From Candidatus Bathyarchaeota archaeon (GTDB lineage: Archaea > Thermoproteota > Bathyarchaeia > Bathyarchaeales > Bathycorpusculaceae), in the NCBI GenBank assembly GCA_963720565.1, contig CAVRFW010000005.1, forward strand, positions 320,001-384,000: a stretch of 64,000 nucleotides of DNA, written 5' to 3'. Numbering within the stretch: position 1 is the first letter of the stretch; each line of letters begins with the position of its first letter. Positions 50,521-61,053 of this stretch are shown piece after piece. Made by a program: the position numbers and the translations under genes. The notes under the pieces were generated by a model. That model saw only the letters and a list, made by a program, of their open reading frames with translations. It made no database searches and had not been told where the DNA came from.

Positions 50521-51459
50521 CTATTGAGATAAAGTACCCGCCGAGAGTATGAATAAAATTTCTTGTAGATAAGACGCACAGCGAAAAATAGTTATTTCAA
50601 GCTGTTTAGATGTCTGCTTTGAGTATCCCCTCAGGACCCCGAGAAAAGTTGATAAACGCATAAGAGGGTAGACCAAACTGATTTGCCAACAACTTTTGTC
50701 ATAAGCAATCTGTAACCCACGCAAAGGACTAAACAATGTCCTAACAAACATTGAGGCCAGACCTGGTTCTTCCCCAAGCTCCTTCGACAGCGCAACAGAT
50801 TCTTTTCCGTACCAGTACCCATGTCGCAATTCGTTGACGACGCCTTGGCGTAAGTGAGTACTCTTCACGCTGAAATCAACTTTCCACAAACGCCCACTAC
50901 AACTAACTTGCTTTACAAGAGCTGTGTCTACACCGGCGTTGATGCGCAGCCTAGGAAATCCACCTATTTGCCTCAGTGCCTCTGTTTTGTAAATTGTGTT
51001 GTCCAATGTCTTACCATAGGGAAAACTCGCGTTAACTTTCGTCTGCTGAAGGTACCTCTGGTTCGTGTACTCTCCTATCAGTTTAAGGGCAAAGGGCTTA
51101 TCTGGAATTCTAATGCCGGAAGCAACCATGACTTTCTCGTCTTCAAGCAAGAGCGGGATCTTTTCCCACCAGTTTTCAGCCAGAACAAGGTCTTGTTCAA
51201 CACTAACGAACATTCTTGAACACACATGCCTCAAAGCCTCGTTCGCACCCGAGGAAATGCCTCCTTCAGGGTTCTCGTAAACCTTCCAATTGTAACTCTT
51301 CCCTATTTTCACGGTTTCATCAGTGCTATTGTCATCAACCATAATCTTGTTGGAGAGATTTTCGGAAGGAATTACCTTGTCTACCTGCTTGAGCACTGTG
51401 GGCAAGAATGGCTCGCCGTTCTTTGTCCACATTACTATGTCAACTTTGTCTTCCTTCAT
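50521..51459 (-). CDS. Glycosyltransferase family 2
   Basis: VMWTKNG, VDDNSTDET, SVEQD, IGGFP, YWYG. Confidence 0.82.
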   Translation of the reverse strand: MKEDKVDIVMWTKNGEPFLPTVLKQVDKVIPSENLSNKIMVDDNSTDETVKIGKSYNWKVYENPEGGISSGANEALRHVCSRMFVSVEQDLVLAENWWEKIPLLLEDEKVMVASGIRIPDKPFALKLIGEYTNQRYLQQTKVNASFPYGKTLDNTIYKTEALRQIGGFPRLRINAGVDTALVKQVSCSGRLWKVDFSVKSTHLRQGVVNELRHGYWYGKESVALSKELGEEPGLASMFVRTLFSPLRGLQIAYDKSCWQISLVYPLMRLSTFLGVLRGYSKQTSKQLEITIFRCASYLQEILFILSAGTLSQ

Positions 51460-51917
51460 CCGGGCAAATCACTCGTTAATTAATTCAATAAAGGCTATTT
51501 TTACTTTAACCCTCCGAGTTCGAAATTTATTTGCGCTGGTTTCAGCAAACAACTCTATCGTTTGTCTGCTACTCCGTAATTTCTCACAGCAATTTACTAT
51601 AGGGTGCAGTTGATTTCAGAAAGCATAAACATGGCAGTCGAACTCCTCGCACAAGATTTTTAAACATCTCCGCCAAAATCGGTGCTAGACAAAGATGTTT
51701 TCAAGCATCCGTCGCCAAGGCATGAATGTCGAAACACACTTATCCCCCTTCATGTCACAATCAGTTTGCCGACATACCTCATTCGCATTATTGTGTCTTC
51801 GAATTTGCAGCCGTATGAAATATTCCGATGTTTGGCACTGCCTGCTGGGGCTTTTGGTTACCATATTTCCATCTGTTGGATGCAGAGTATCGCTATTGGG
51901 TTTGGAGGCGAAGAAGG

Positions 51918-53165
51918 ATGTTTGAGAGTTTAGATGTAGGTTGCGGAATTGAATCGGGCTTCAAAGGCTCAGTAACCGTGGGTTGCCTAAAGGCGGCAAT
52001 GAGTCTTCAAGTGCGGTATCAATTAGTTGGAGAAGTTAGACCGCATAAGATTTCAAACTTTGTCTTGGCTGACGCTTGCCACCTACCTTTCAAGAATGGA
52101 GCATTCAACTTAGCTTTCAGCAGCCACACAATTGAACGCGTCAAAGATCCTTTCAAAATGTTTTCTGAGCTACATCGTGTTGCAAATCGAAAGGTTATTG
52201 TTCGCTGTTCACACAGGAGAGGCAGTGGTGCAAAGAGGCACTTAAACGTCAACTACTTCAGCGAATCCTGGTTTGGGCTCGCTGCCTATCGATTGGGCTA
52301 TAGCAGTAGGCAATTCACAAACACCTATGACTATCCCATTAGCTCCAGACTTCATTGCCCTTTGAAATCGCAGAATAGTGCACCTTGGAGAACCTTGAGG
52401 CGGATTGAGAGCAGGTGGCTAATCCATAGGTTAAAGATTCCTTCTGAAATAGAGTCCTGGAGCAACATTGTTGAAGAAAGGCGTATTATGGATCCTGTTT
52501 GCTTTGTTGTCGTCTCTAACGACGAAAAAACCTTGAACACATGTTTCAAAAAAGGCACAGGAGTACGCGATGAGAACTCGAAAATATACATGAACTATGA
52601 CAGGACACCATTACCTGACTTTTTCAATCATCATATTGGCAAACTTGGGTCCGAAGAAAATGTCTGGCTTGTCTTCTGCCATCAAGATTTTATTCTCAAA
52701 GAAAATCTCGAACTTGTCCTTGGTAGTTTAGACGCAAACTCTATCTATGGAGTAATTGGGACGAGGGCGGCGTCTGCAAACCTGTTTGGCAGAATACTGC
52801 AAACAGACAACACAGCAATTGGGCTTTCCCTCGCTAAACCTGAACCTGTTCAGACATTTGATGAAATGTGCCTAATTGTTCACTCAAGTTTGTTCAGGAA
52901 AGGCATGCGCTTTGATCGTAGATTCAAGTTTCATTTCTACGTGGCTGATTTATGTATGCAAGCTTACACAAATGGCTTTGGAGTCTATACGCTGCAGACA
53001 TACTGCCAACACAAAAGCAAGGACCTAATAGGAGACCGAAATAGCGAAGAGTTTAACACCTCGAAGAAACTTTTTGCAGAGAAGTGGTGCCTATACCTGC
53101 CAATCAGAACAACCACAGGCTTGCTGAGCAATGAGTATCCAGACTACAATAATCCCATTGATTAG
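51918..53165 (+). CDS. SAM-dependent methyltransferase-like domain fused to a GT-A-like domain
   Basis: LDVGCG, ADACHLPF..GAF, ELHRV; then VFCHQD, GVIG, VQTFDE.C, FD.RF.FHFY.ADLCMQA. Confidence 0.75.
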   Translation: MFESLDVGCGIESGFKGSVTVGCLKAAMSLQVRYQLVGEVRPHKISNFVLADACHLPFKNGAFNLAFSSHTIERVKDPFKMFSELHRVANRKVIVRCSHRRGSGAKRHLNVNYFSESWFGLAAYRLGYSSRQFTNTYDYPISSRLHCPLKSQNSAPWRTLRRIESRWLIHRLKIPSEIESWSNIVEERRIMDPVCFVVVSNDEKTLNTCFKKGTGVRDENSKIYMNYDRTPLPDFFNHHIGKLGSEENVWLVFCHQDFILKENLELVLGSLDANSIYGVIGTRAASANLFGRILQTDNTAIGLSLAKPEPVQTFDEMCLIVHSSLFRKGMRFDRRFKFHFYVADLCMQAYTNGFGVYTLQTYCQHKSKDLIGDRNSEEFNTSKKLFAEKWCLYLPIRTTTGLLSNEYPDYNNPID

Positions 53166-53258
53166 TAGAATATATCCAGACAAATAATAGCTCGCGCTAG
53201 CTATAGTCGAGCAGGCTCTAACTGGCTAATCAAAATGAAGAAGTAAAGGTGAAAGACA

Positions 53259-54095
53259 ATGAAAGTTGACTTGGTGATGTGGACTAAAAATGGTTCAGCA
53301 ACTTTGAGGCAAGTTCTTGAAAGAATCAACAGAATTATCCCAAAAGAAAATGTGAATCAGAGGTTCATAGTAGACGACAATAGCATAGACGACACTCGAT
53401 TAATTGCATCCTCCAATGGTTGGACGGTCTACAAAAACAAGGGAACTGGAATCAGTGATGGAGCAAACACAGCTCTTGACCTTGTAACAACAGACCACTT
53501 TTGCAGTTTCGAACAAGACCTTCTGTTGTCATCTGATTGGTGGAACAAGATTCCCAAACTGCTCAGAGGAAACGCGTATGTTGCTTCAGGGATAAGGCTA
53601 ACCTCAAAACCTAAATTTCTACATAGGTTGCAGCTTTATTCTGCAGCGAAATATAAGATAAACAAAACTGATTCTTCAGGCTTTGGATTTGGCAAAACCT
53701 TCGATAACACAATCTATGACGCTGCTTTCTTGAGGAGAATTGGCGGTTTCCCTAAATTGAGGACGAGCTTGAGTGTTGACACTGCTTTAGCATACAGGAT
53801 GACACGCGCGGGAGCTGTTTGGACTGTAGACTATAGTGTAGTGAGTGACCATCTGCGTCAGAACTTCATACAGGAATTAAGGAAGGATTATTGGTATGGA
53901 ACTTGTAATAAAGCTGTTAGAGAAGCATTAGGTGATAGAGCTGACTCCATTTTGCAGATATTTGTTCGTACGCTATTCAGTCCAATTAGGGCTTGGCAGA
54001 TTGCTTACAAAATGAAATCTCTGCCAATCATCGCTTATTATCCTTTACAACGATTAGTATTCTTTCTTGGTATGACACGGAGTTATTCAGACTGA
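53259..54095 (+). CDS. Glycosyltransferase family 2 (paralog of 50521-51459)
   Basis: VMWTKNG, VDDNSIDDT, SFEQD, IGGFP, YWYG. Confidence 0.82.
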   Translation: MKVDLVMWTKNGSATLRQVLERINRIIPKENVNQRFIVDDNSIDDTRLIASSNGWTVYKNKGTGISDGANTALDLVTTDHFCSFEQDLLLSSDWWNKIPKLLRGNAYVASGIRLTSKPKFLHRLQLYSAAKYKINKTDSSGFGFGKTFDNTIYDAAFLRRIGGFPKLRTSLSVDTALAYRMTRAGAVWTVDYSVVSDHLRQNFIQELRKDYWYGTCNKAVREALGDRADSILQIFVRTLFSPIRAWQIAYKMKSLPIIAYYPLQRLVFFLGMTRSYSD

Positions 54096-54271
54096 TTGCA
54101 CATCGGACAAGAGATTTGTTGGCGATTTCGGGAACACTACCTCTTCCCTTCCCGCTTCTTTTTTACAAGTTCGTTTTGATATCATCCAGGCATCCGCTAA
54201 GACCAGAAAATCGATTGCTATCAGTGGGAATAACAAACAAATAAATGAAAGGGTAGCAAACGTCAATGTCA

Positions 54272-55185
54272 ATGTCAGCAATAAAAAATTATCTCAGAAG
54301 GGTATATGACACTGAAACAGGCTTGCTTTCGTCTCTCTTGAACCTGTTGATTATTTTCCGTGATTTTCTTCTAGAATGCCATTTTGGTAAGCCGTTTAAC
54401 CTTTGGACCAAGTCTCGTGTGCAATGGGTTTGCTCGAGCAAGTGGGCTGCAATTAGAAAAGCGATTATTTATGTTACACCATCAGGGGAGAAGAAAATTC
54501 TCCGTTAGAAAGAGAAGCAGAAAGGGGCGCGGAACCAAACTCTAACCCATTGGTTAGTGTAATCATTCCAACCTATAACAGGGCAAACATTCTTCTAAAC
54601 CGTTCTCTCCCTTCGGTTCTCGGTCAAACACACAAGAATCTTGAAGTAATCATAGTTGGAGACCATTGTACCGATGATACTGAGTTGTTGTTGAAAGAAA
54701 AAGCAGATCCAAGAGTAAAATTCATAAATTTGCAGGAACGAGGTCGCTACCCTGAAGAACCGATTCTGAGATGGTTTGTAGCTGGGGTAGTCCCTTTGAA
54801 TGTGGGATTGCTCGAATGCAAAGGCGACTGGATAGCTAACTTGGATGATGATGATGAATTTTTCTCAAATCATATTGAAGTATTGTTAAATTTTGCATTG
54901 CAGCAGAATCTTGAGATGGTTTACGGAATTGTCGAGTATGAGGATGGAAATGTTGGAAAGACGTTGATCGGCAGACCTCTTCTTAGACGGGGAGCAATTT
55001 CCCGTTGTTCAACCCTATATAGAGGTTATTTGAAATGCTTTCAGTATGATATCAACTCTTGGAAAATGAAGGAACCTGCAGACTTTAATCTGTGGAGACG
55101 TATGAAGCGAGCAGGGGTCGAAATAGGTTTTCTTAACAAGGTTGTTGGAAAACACTACAAGGAATTAACTCAGTTGGAGAGATGA
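54272..55185 (+). CDS. Glycosyltransferase family 2 (the 54266-54508 ORF is probably its frameshifted N-terminus)
   Basis: PLVSVIIPTYNR, EVIIVGD.CTDDT, LDDDD; the GT frame is open back to ~54457. Confidence 0.78.
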
Positions 55186-55851
55186 AAAGAATGAATGAGA
55201 GAGTGTTTATTGTAGGCGCTGGAGGATTTGCCAGAGAAACCCTAAGTATGTATGTGGACTTGGGGAGAGAACGAGACATATGTGGATTCTTAGAGGAAAA
55301 CTGCAAAAGGGAAGGCGAAATTGCATCTTGGGAAACCGCTCTATGATATTTCCCACTTGAACCAATTCTCGAAAGAGAACAAACCTTTGCTAATTATGGC
55401 TATTGGTACAACAAAACGCCGGCGACTAATCGAAAAATTGCAGGATGAAGAATATCGATTTGACACAGTGATACATCCGGGTGCGAAGTATTCAAGATGG
55501 GTTAAAATTGGTGAAGGATCAATCGTTGCAGTTGGAGTGATTATGACTTGTCAAGTAGATATCGGTCGTCATGTTATTCTCAACGTTGGAGTTCACATAG
55601 GTCATGACGTGAAGATTGGAGATTATGTCACTGTTTCTCCAGGTAGTGGAATTATGGGCCACGTCACAATAGGCGATGAGGTCTTTATCGGAGCGCATGC
55701 GACTATCGCAGATCGCGTAAGAATAGGGAATGGTGCGATCGTAGCGGCCGGGGCGGCAGTAATCCAAGATGTACCGGCTATGTCGCTTGTAGCGGGGGTC
55801 CCAGCCAAAGTGAAAAAAATGTACAAATCTGTTGAAGAGAAACCTTGGTAG
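55182..55851 (+). CDS. NeuD/PglD-family sugar acetyltransferase (frameshift near 55320)
   Basis: IVGAGGFARE, AIG...RR, VIHP.A, HIGHD, GAAVIQDVP....AGVPAK. Confidence 0.87.
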
Positions 55852-55854
55852 ACA

Positions 55855-56592
55855 ATGTGGGAGAGTGAAGGAATGCCCATTCCAGAAGTAGTTACAACAA
55901 TCGCGAAACGATACCGACTATTGAGGTTACCTCTTCCTCAATCTCTTCGTTTGTTCTTCCTATCGAAATACGCAAACGATTTGCGACATTATTCAAATCC
56001 TATTAAGAAAACTCTTCTCTTTTACTTGTCTTACTTGGAAGAAATAGAAGCACAACTAACGATGCCATTCATAGCTGAAACACTGCTGCAAGCAATTCTT
56101 GGAACCAGCCACCTTGAGGGAGACATCATTGAATGCGGAACATATAAGGGCGGTTCCACGATTTTAATTGCACATCACCTAAAAGCAACAAGATCTAAAA
56201 AGCAAATCTATGCGTGCGATACGTACGAAGGTCATCCATATGATGACATTGAATCAGCTTGCTACGGCCTTAAGCGCGGAATGGGAAGCGACTCAAGCGT
56301 TTATCATGTTGAACATAAATTTAGGAAATTCAAGATCTTGGACAGAATCACGATTGTCAAGGGCAAGTTTGAAGATACTCTTCTTGACAACTCGGGGACA
56401 GAGTTTTCTCTAGCATTTATTGATTGCGATCTCTATCAAAGTGCAAAGTTCTGCTACTCTTTTCTCTATCCAAGGATTGTTCCAGGAGGATGCATAGTGG
56501 TGCATGATTACGAGGAACAAGAGCCAAATAAGACGCCGCTCCTTTGGAATATCTCTGGCAACCGACGAGTTTCTCCAAGGAAAAAGGGTTGA
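55855..56592 (+). CDS. TylF/MycF/NovP-family O-methyltransferase (3' end probably frameshifted)
   Basis: EGDIIECGTYKGGS, DTYEG, KGKFEDTL, FIDCDLY, GG.IVVHDY. Confidence 0.87.
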   Translation: MWESEGMPIPEVVTTIAKRYRLLRLPLPQSLRLFFLSKYANDLRHYSNPIKKTLLFYLSYLEEIEAQLTMPFIAETLLQAILGTSHLEGDIIECGTYKGGSTILIAHHLKATRSKKQIYACDTYEGHPYDDIESACYGLKRGMGSDSSVYHVEHKFRKFKILDRITIVKGKFEDTLLDNSGTEFSLAFIDCDLYQSAKFCYSFLYPRIVPGGCIVVHDYEEQEPNKTPLLWNISGNRRVSPRKKG

Positions 56593-56658
56593 AAATTGCG
56601 CGGAAAGGCTCATCCGGTTACGCGATCTGGTTCCCCAATTTTGGTGGTAAAGAGAAGA

Positions 56659-57739
56659 ATGTTGTTAGCAGTAGTAGACACACATTTTCCTTGGATACTT
56701 AGTGGCTTCAGATACTGGGAGAATTTCGAGTTCTACAAAATTGACAAAAACATATTATTTTTTAGTGTTCATAAAATGAACGATGACTTTCCTGCACAAG
56801 TTCACCCATTGACACTTATTAGAGAATACTCGATCACCGACATCTATTGCGTATTCTTAAATCACACTTTAGGATTATTGGACTATCCGGGAAAAATACC
56901 GGGCAAACAAAATTATGGATTGTCTGAGCTTATAAAAGAAAGAAACATATCAATTCATACAACTATCTACCCCGGTGGCGGTTACGAAAATAACTCTTTA
57001 GATCAAGCCTTGAAAGCTTTGAAGTTTCTAAAAGGTCATCCCAGCGTAAAGAGCGTTTTCACAAATCTTAGTGAAGTGCAAAAAATTATTCCTAAAGCGC
57101 ATTGGATTGCAGGCATCATAAACACTGGCTTTTACAAGTATCGCCACAGAGCCAAAAGCAATAAACTTCAACTCCTGTTTTCTGCGTTTCACCGGAAAGA
57201 GAAAGGGTTTAATTATTTAGCTAAAGCGCTTAACTTCACTAGATCCTTCCAAATATCACCTGCATATCGTAGGAGATTGGGAGAGTGAACTTCATCTAGT
57301 CAAACACCATAATTATACATATTATGGAACGCTACCTCCAGAAACATTAAGAGAAGTTTATTACAACTGTCATGTTATCATAGCTCCCAATTACAAAGGA
57401 TGTGGCCCTATCAACAATAGATTCATACCTATTTACAGGAAATATGTAACTCTCGATGGATTTCCAACAACCACTGCGGTAGACGCTATGTCCACTGGTT
57501 GCTGTTTAATCTCAACCAATCCCAGAAAGGATTATTCAGCACTAAAACCAGAGGAAGATTACTGGGAAATCAAAGAAAAATCTGCCAATCATATACAAAA
57601 GGCTATTGAATATTGTTATGATAATCAAGACGAAATGTTACTAATGGCAGAAAGAGGTCACAAAAAAATTTTGGAGTACTATGATGCCGAAAAAAATGTT
57701 CGATTTAAGTACGACGTAATCAAAGGGATGAATTTATGA
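56659..57739 (+). CDS. Glycosyltransferase family 4-like (apparent extra base near 57236)
   Basis: EKGF..L.KAL; +1 frame gives LHIVG...DGFPTTTAVDAMSTGC..IST. Confidence 0.72.
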
Positions 57740-58840
57740 TAACTGTCACAAAATCAAGTCTTCCCAGAGCTAGACAAATACACAGAGTATTTAGAAAAAA
57801 TATGGACAACCAGATGGTTGACAAATGATGGCGAATACACCAAATTACTGGAAGAAAGGCTAAAAGCCTACTTGAGAATTAAAAACTTGGCACTTGTTTC
57901 TAATGGAACACTGGCTCTTCAACTCGCTCTAAGAGTTCTTGATCTTAAGGGTGAGGTAATAACGACCCCATTTACTTTCATAGCGACAACGAACGCGATA
58001 GTATGGGAAAGACTGAAACCCGTTTTCGCCGACATTGACCCACAAACGTTCAACATTGACCCCGCTGAAGTGGAGAGGAAGATAACAGAGAAGACAAGCG
58101 CGATACTTGCCGTTAACGTTTATGGAAACTCTTGTTGCATGGAAGAACTTCAGGAGATTGCAGAAAAACATGAGCTGAGACTAATCTTCGATTCCGCTCA
58201 CGCTTTTGGCGTTGAATACAAGAACAAATCAGTTCTCGACTTCGGGGACATGTCGACCCTGAGTTTCCACGCAACCAAAGTTTTTAACACAATAGAAGGA
58301 GGAGCAATCGCATCCGTGAAAGAAGAATTGACACAGAAAGTGAAGACTATTCGAAATCACGGCATTAAATCCGAGGAAGAGGTAGTTCTGCCTGGAACAA
58401 ATGCAAAAATGAATGAGTTCCAAGCTGCAATGGGATTGTGTAACCTGGAAAATCTTGAATTAAATCTTCAATTACGGAAGAAGCTATACGATGAATACAA
58501 AGAGAGACTTGGTTGTGAACGTGTCAAATTTCAGAAAATAACAGCGTCAAAGTACAATTACAGCTATATGCCAGTATGCTTTGAAAGTGGCAGAATCAGA
58601 AATGAAGTGTCCGATGAACTTCTTCGGAAAGGCATTAAATCTCGAAAGTACTTTTACCCCCTAACGGTCAAAGCAGACTATTTCAGGGAAAAGACACAGG
58701 ACCTATCCAATAAGTCTGGTCTGGATGTAGCCTCATCGATTTCAGACAGGATATTGTGTCTTCCTCTATACCCTGATTTGGATACATCAACCGTCGACCA
58801 AATTGTTAAAATAATATTTCAAGTCTTGAAAAATAACTAG
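57736..58840 (+). CDS. DegT/DnrJ/EryC1 sugar aminotransferase, VioA-like (apparent extra base near 57765)
   Basis: MITVT..LP...WLTN.G, SNGTLAL, TPFTF.AT, DSAHAFG, SFHATKVFNTIEGG, NAKMNE, RKYFYP, LCLPLY. Confidence 0.9.
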
Positions 58841-59017
58841 TTTGCGAAATCAAAACTCCCAAAGTCACTAAGGATCAGCCGGATTACTAGGCTGCAAAAT
58901 AGTTGAAGCCTCCAGTGGTCATCAAGTTTTTCCTGTTTAGAGATTCTATGTTTGTGTTAAACAGAACTATAAATCCTGATATCATTCCATCAAAATGGAA
59001 AAAATAGACCGCCCTTT

Positions 59018-59143
59018 TGGAAACCAGCAATCAGATTCGAAGAAGGAATTGTGAACACTGTTCAAAGGTGCTATGAGAACACTCAATGGTGGAGACCCGT
59101 GGCTGAAACCGAACAGACAAATTTCCTGAGAGAAAAAGGGTAG
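59018..59143 (+). pseudogene. C-terminal remnant of an NDP-sugar dehydratase (RmlB-like)
   Basis: WKPAIRFEEGIVNTVQRCYENTQWWRP resembles the RmlB tail; preceded by stops, no start codon. Confidence 0.5.
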
Positions 59144-59243
59144 AGTGCCCAACATTGGCCGCTGTTCCACGAAAGGATTTTGAGAGAGAGTTTATAATAA
59201 CACAATGTCATCAATCTGAAATGAGCAAAAGAGTATTCAAATT

Positions 59244-60714
59244 ATGAAACTGAGACTGGATGTTGACTATGCCTATCCTTCGAGAATCAAAAGCTTCATT
59301 TTCACAGCGCTTAAGCAGAAAAAGCAGAAAGCACTATCTCAAGAACGCAAAAACAATAGCCAGAATGATAGATGAGTCGCCGCGAGAAATTCAAGCTTAC
59401 TGGTTTTTTACCCCTCCCACTTGGCCCGACGATGAAATGCTGAGATTGCTCAATTCGGATAAGCATGAGATAGCTCTCCACGTAACCAATAATCCCTACG
59501 AGGAACTCCAAGGATTAGAAAAGGCTACCGGAAGAGATATAGAGTTTTACACCATCCATGGAACCGAGCGTTTATTGGCGCGGATAATTTGGAAACGAAA
59601 ACTTTGGGAATCCAGAACACCGATACCTGCTGATTTTCCATTGAAGTCTTTTCACGAGTTCCCGACTCTGGCTTTTGACCGCATATGTCACAATAGTTCA
59701 ATATCAGTTGCTGTAGCAATCGCTGAGGCGAGCATAGAGAAAGGAGAAGTATTAGAGATTCATCCTGAATGGCTCTTCCAGAGGGGAACAATTAACCACA
59801 GGGGACCATTCTACGGACCACTAAAACAGGTTCTGCAAGTTGACCGAGAATTAGACCAGCTTGTTATCCGCAAGAAAGCATTTGTAAGAATTGCTAAACT
59901 CCTTGAACCGAAAGAATACACGCATGATTTCGTTCCAACCGAGGAATTCATCCAGAAACTCGGGGATAGAGCAATAGACATTTTCACTTTCATCGAAAGA
60001 AAATGGTGCAACACTATCTCCAATGCTTCCAATTCATGGATAAAGACAGCTGACAATATTGCTCTCCTCAAAGTGGCAAGTTATGAAGATTGGTGGAAAA
60101 ACATTGGAAAAAAGACCCGCAACATGAATCGTAAAGCAGAAAAAACCGGAATAACAACCCAGGTGGTAATGCCAAGCGAAGAACTGGCTGAGGGCATTTG
60201 GAAGATTTACAATGAAACTCCTATACGGCAGGAAAGAGCTTTCCCGCACTACGGCGAGTCATTACTCTCAGTCAAGAACGACGTGTTTTCTCCTAGAAAG
60301 GGAGCGTTCATTGGTGCTTTTTTCGAAAACAGACTCGTCGGATTCATTCAACTCCTATACGGAGATAACATAGCTATAATATCCCAGATTCTTTCACTGC
60401 AAGAGTTCTGGGACAAGGCAGTCAACAACGCCCTGCTTGCCAAAGCAGTGGAGTTTTGTTCACAGAACCAGATGCAATGGATTATGTATGGCAGAATGGG
60501 AAATCACCCTTCCCTGGACAAATTCAAACAAAGCAACGATTTCAAAAAGTTTCTGTTAGCAAGATATTTTATACCCATCACAAAGAAAGGTCAAGTCGCT
60601 GTAAAATTGGGATTACACAACGATGCAAAAGATATCCTTCCTCAAAGAATAAAGTATTCACTCATCCCAGTGTACAATTGGATAAGCAGAAGAAGAGTCG
60701 GGATCAAGCGTTAG
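59244..60714 (+). CDS. Polysaccharide-deacetylase-like domain fused to a GNAT/FemAB-like domain (frameshift near 59310)
   Basis: MKLRLDVD (ATG 59244), HEIALH, TIHG, IHP; then WW..IGKKTRN..RKAEK.G, LVGFI, YGRMG...SL.KFK. Confidence 0.7.
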
Positions 60715-60783
60715 CGCAGGGTTTGCTGCAAGAGATTAAGAAAAGAAAAACGACAAGGCCGCACTAATGAAGGTGCAACGCTT

Positions 60784-61053
60784 CTAGAATAGGAGAGAAG
60801 TCAAGATCTTCCACAACTCTTCCTTATCCTTGATACTTCTGAATATCGCTTTTCCGCTTGCGTACATCCGGAAAGAAACATCATTGAAGATTAATTCGAA
60901 TATTATACCAGCTACACAGTTCTTGAGTTGAGCCTTCTTGAGAATTCTGTCGATGGCTTCATCTTTTTTATCATACCTGAATACTACAATTACGTCTTTC
61001 TCTGCTCCGCAGGTTCCTTCGATTCTTGCGACGTAATCGTTAACTGATGCCAT
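60784..61053 (-). CDS. Small hypothetical protein at the end of the Fe-S operon
   Basis: Start overlaps the sufS stop (TAATG); GTCG and RMYASGKAIF motifs. Confidence 0.7.
   Translation of the reverse strand: MASVNDYVARIEGTCGAEKDVIVVFRYDKKDEAIDRILKKAQLKNCVAGIIFELIFNDVSFRMYASGKAIFRSIKDKEELWKILTSLLF

Noticed and set aside
51480..51917. Short ORFs or gene remnants between GT2 and the MTase-GT gene
   Set aside because: No convincing motif in any frame; would need BLASTX
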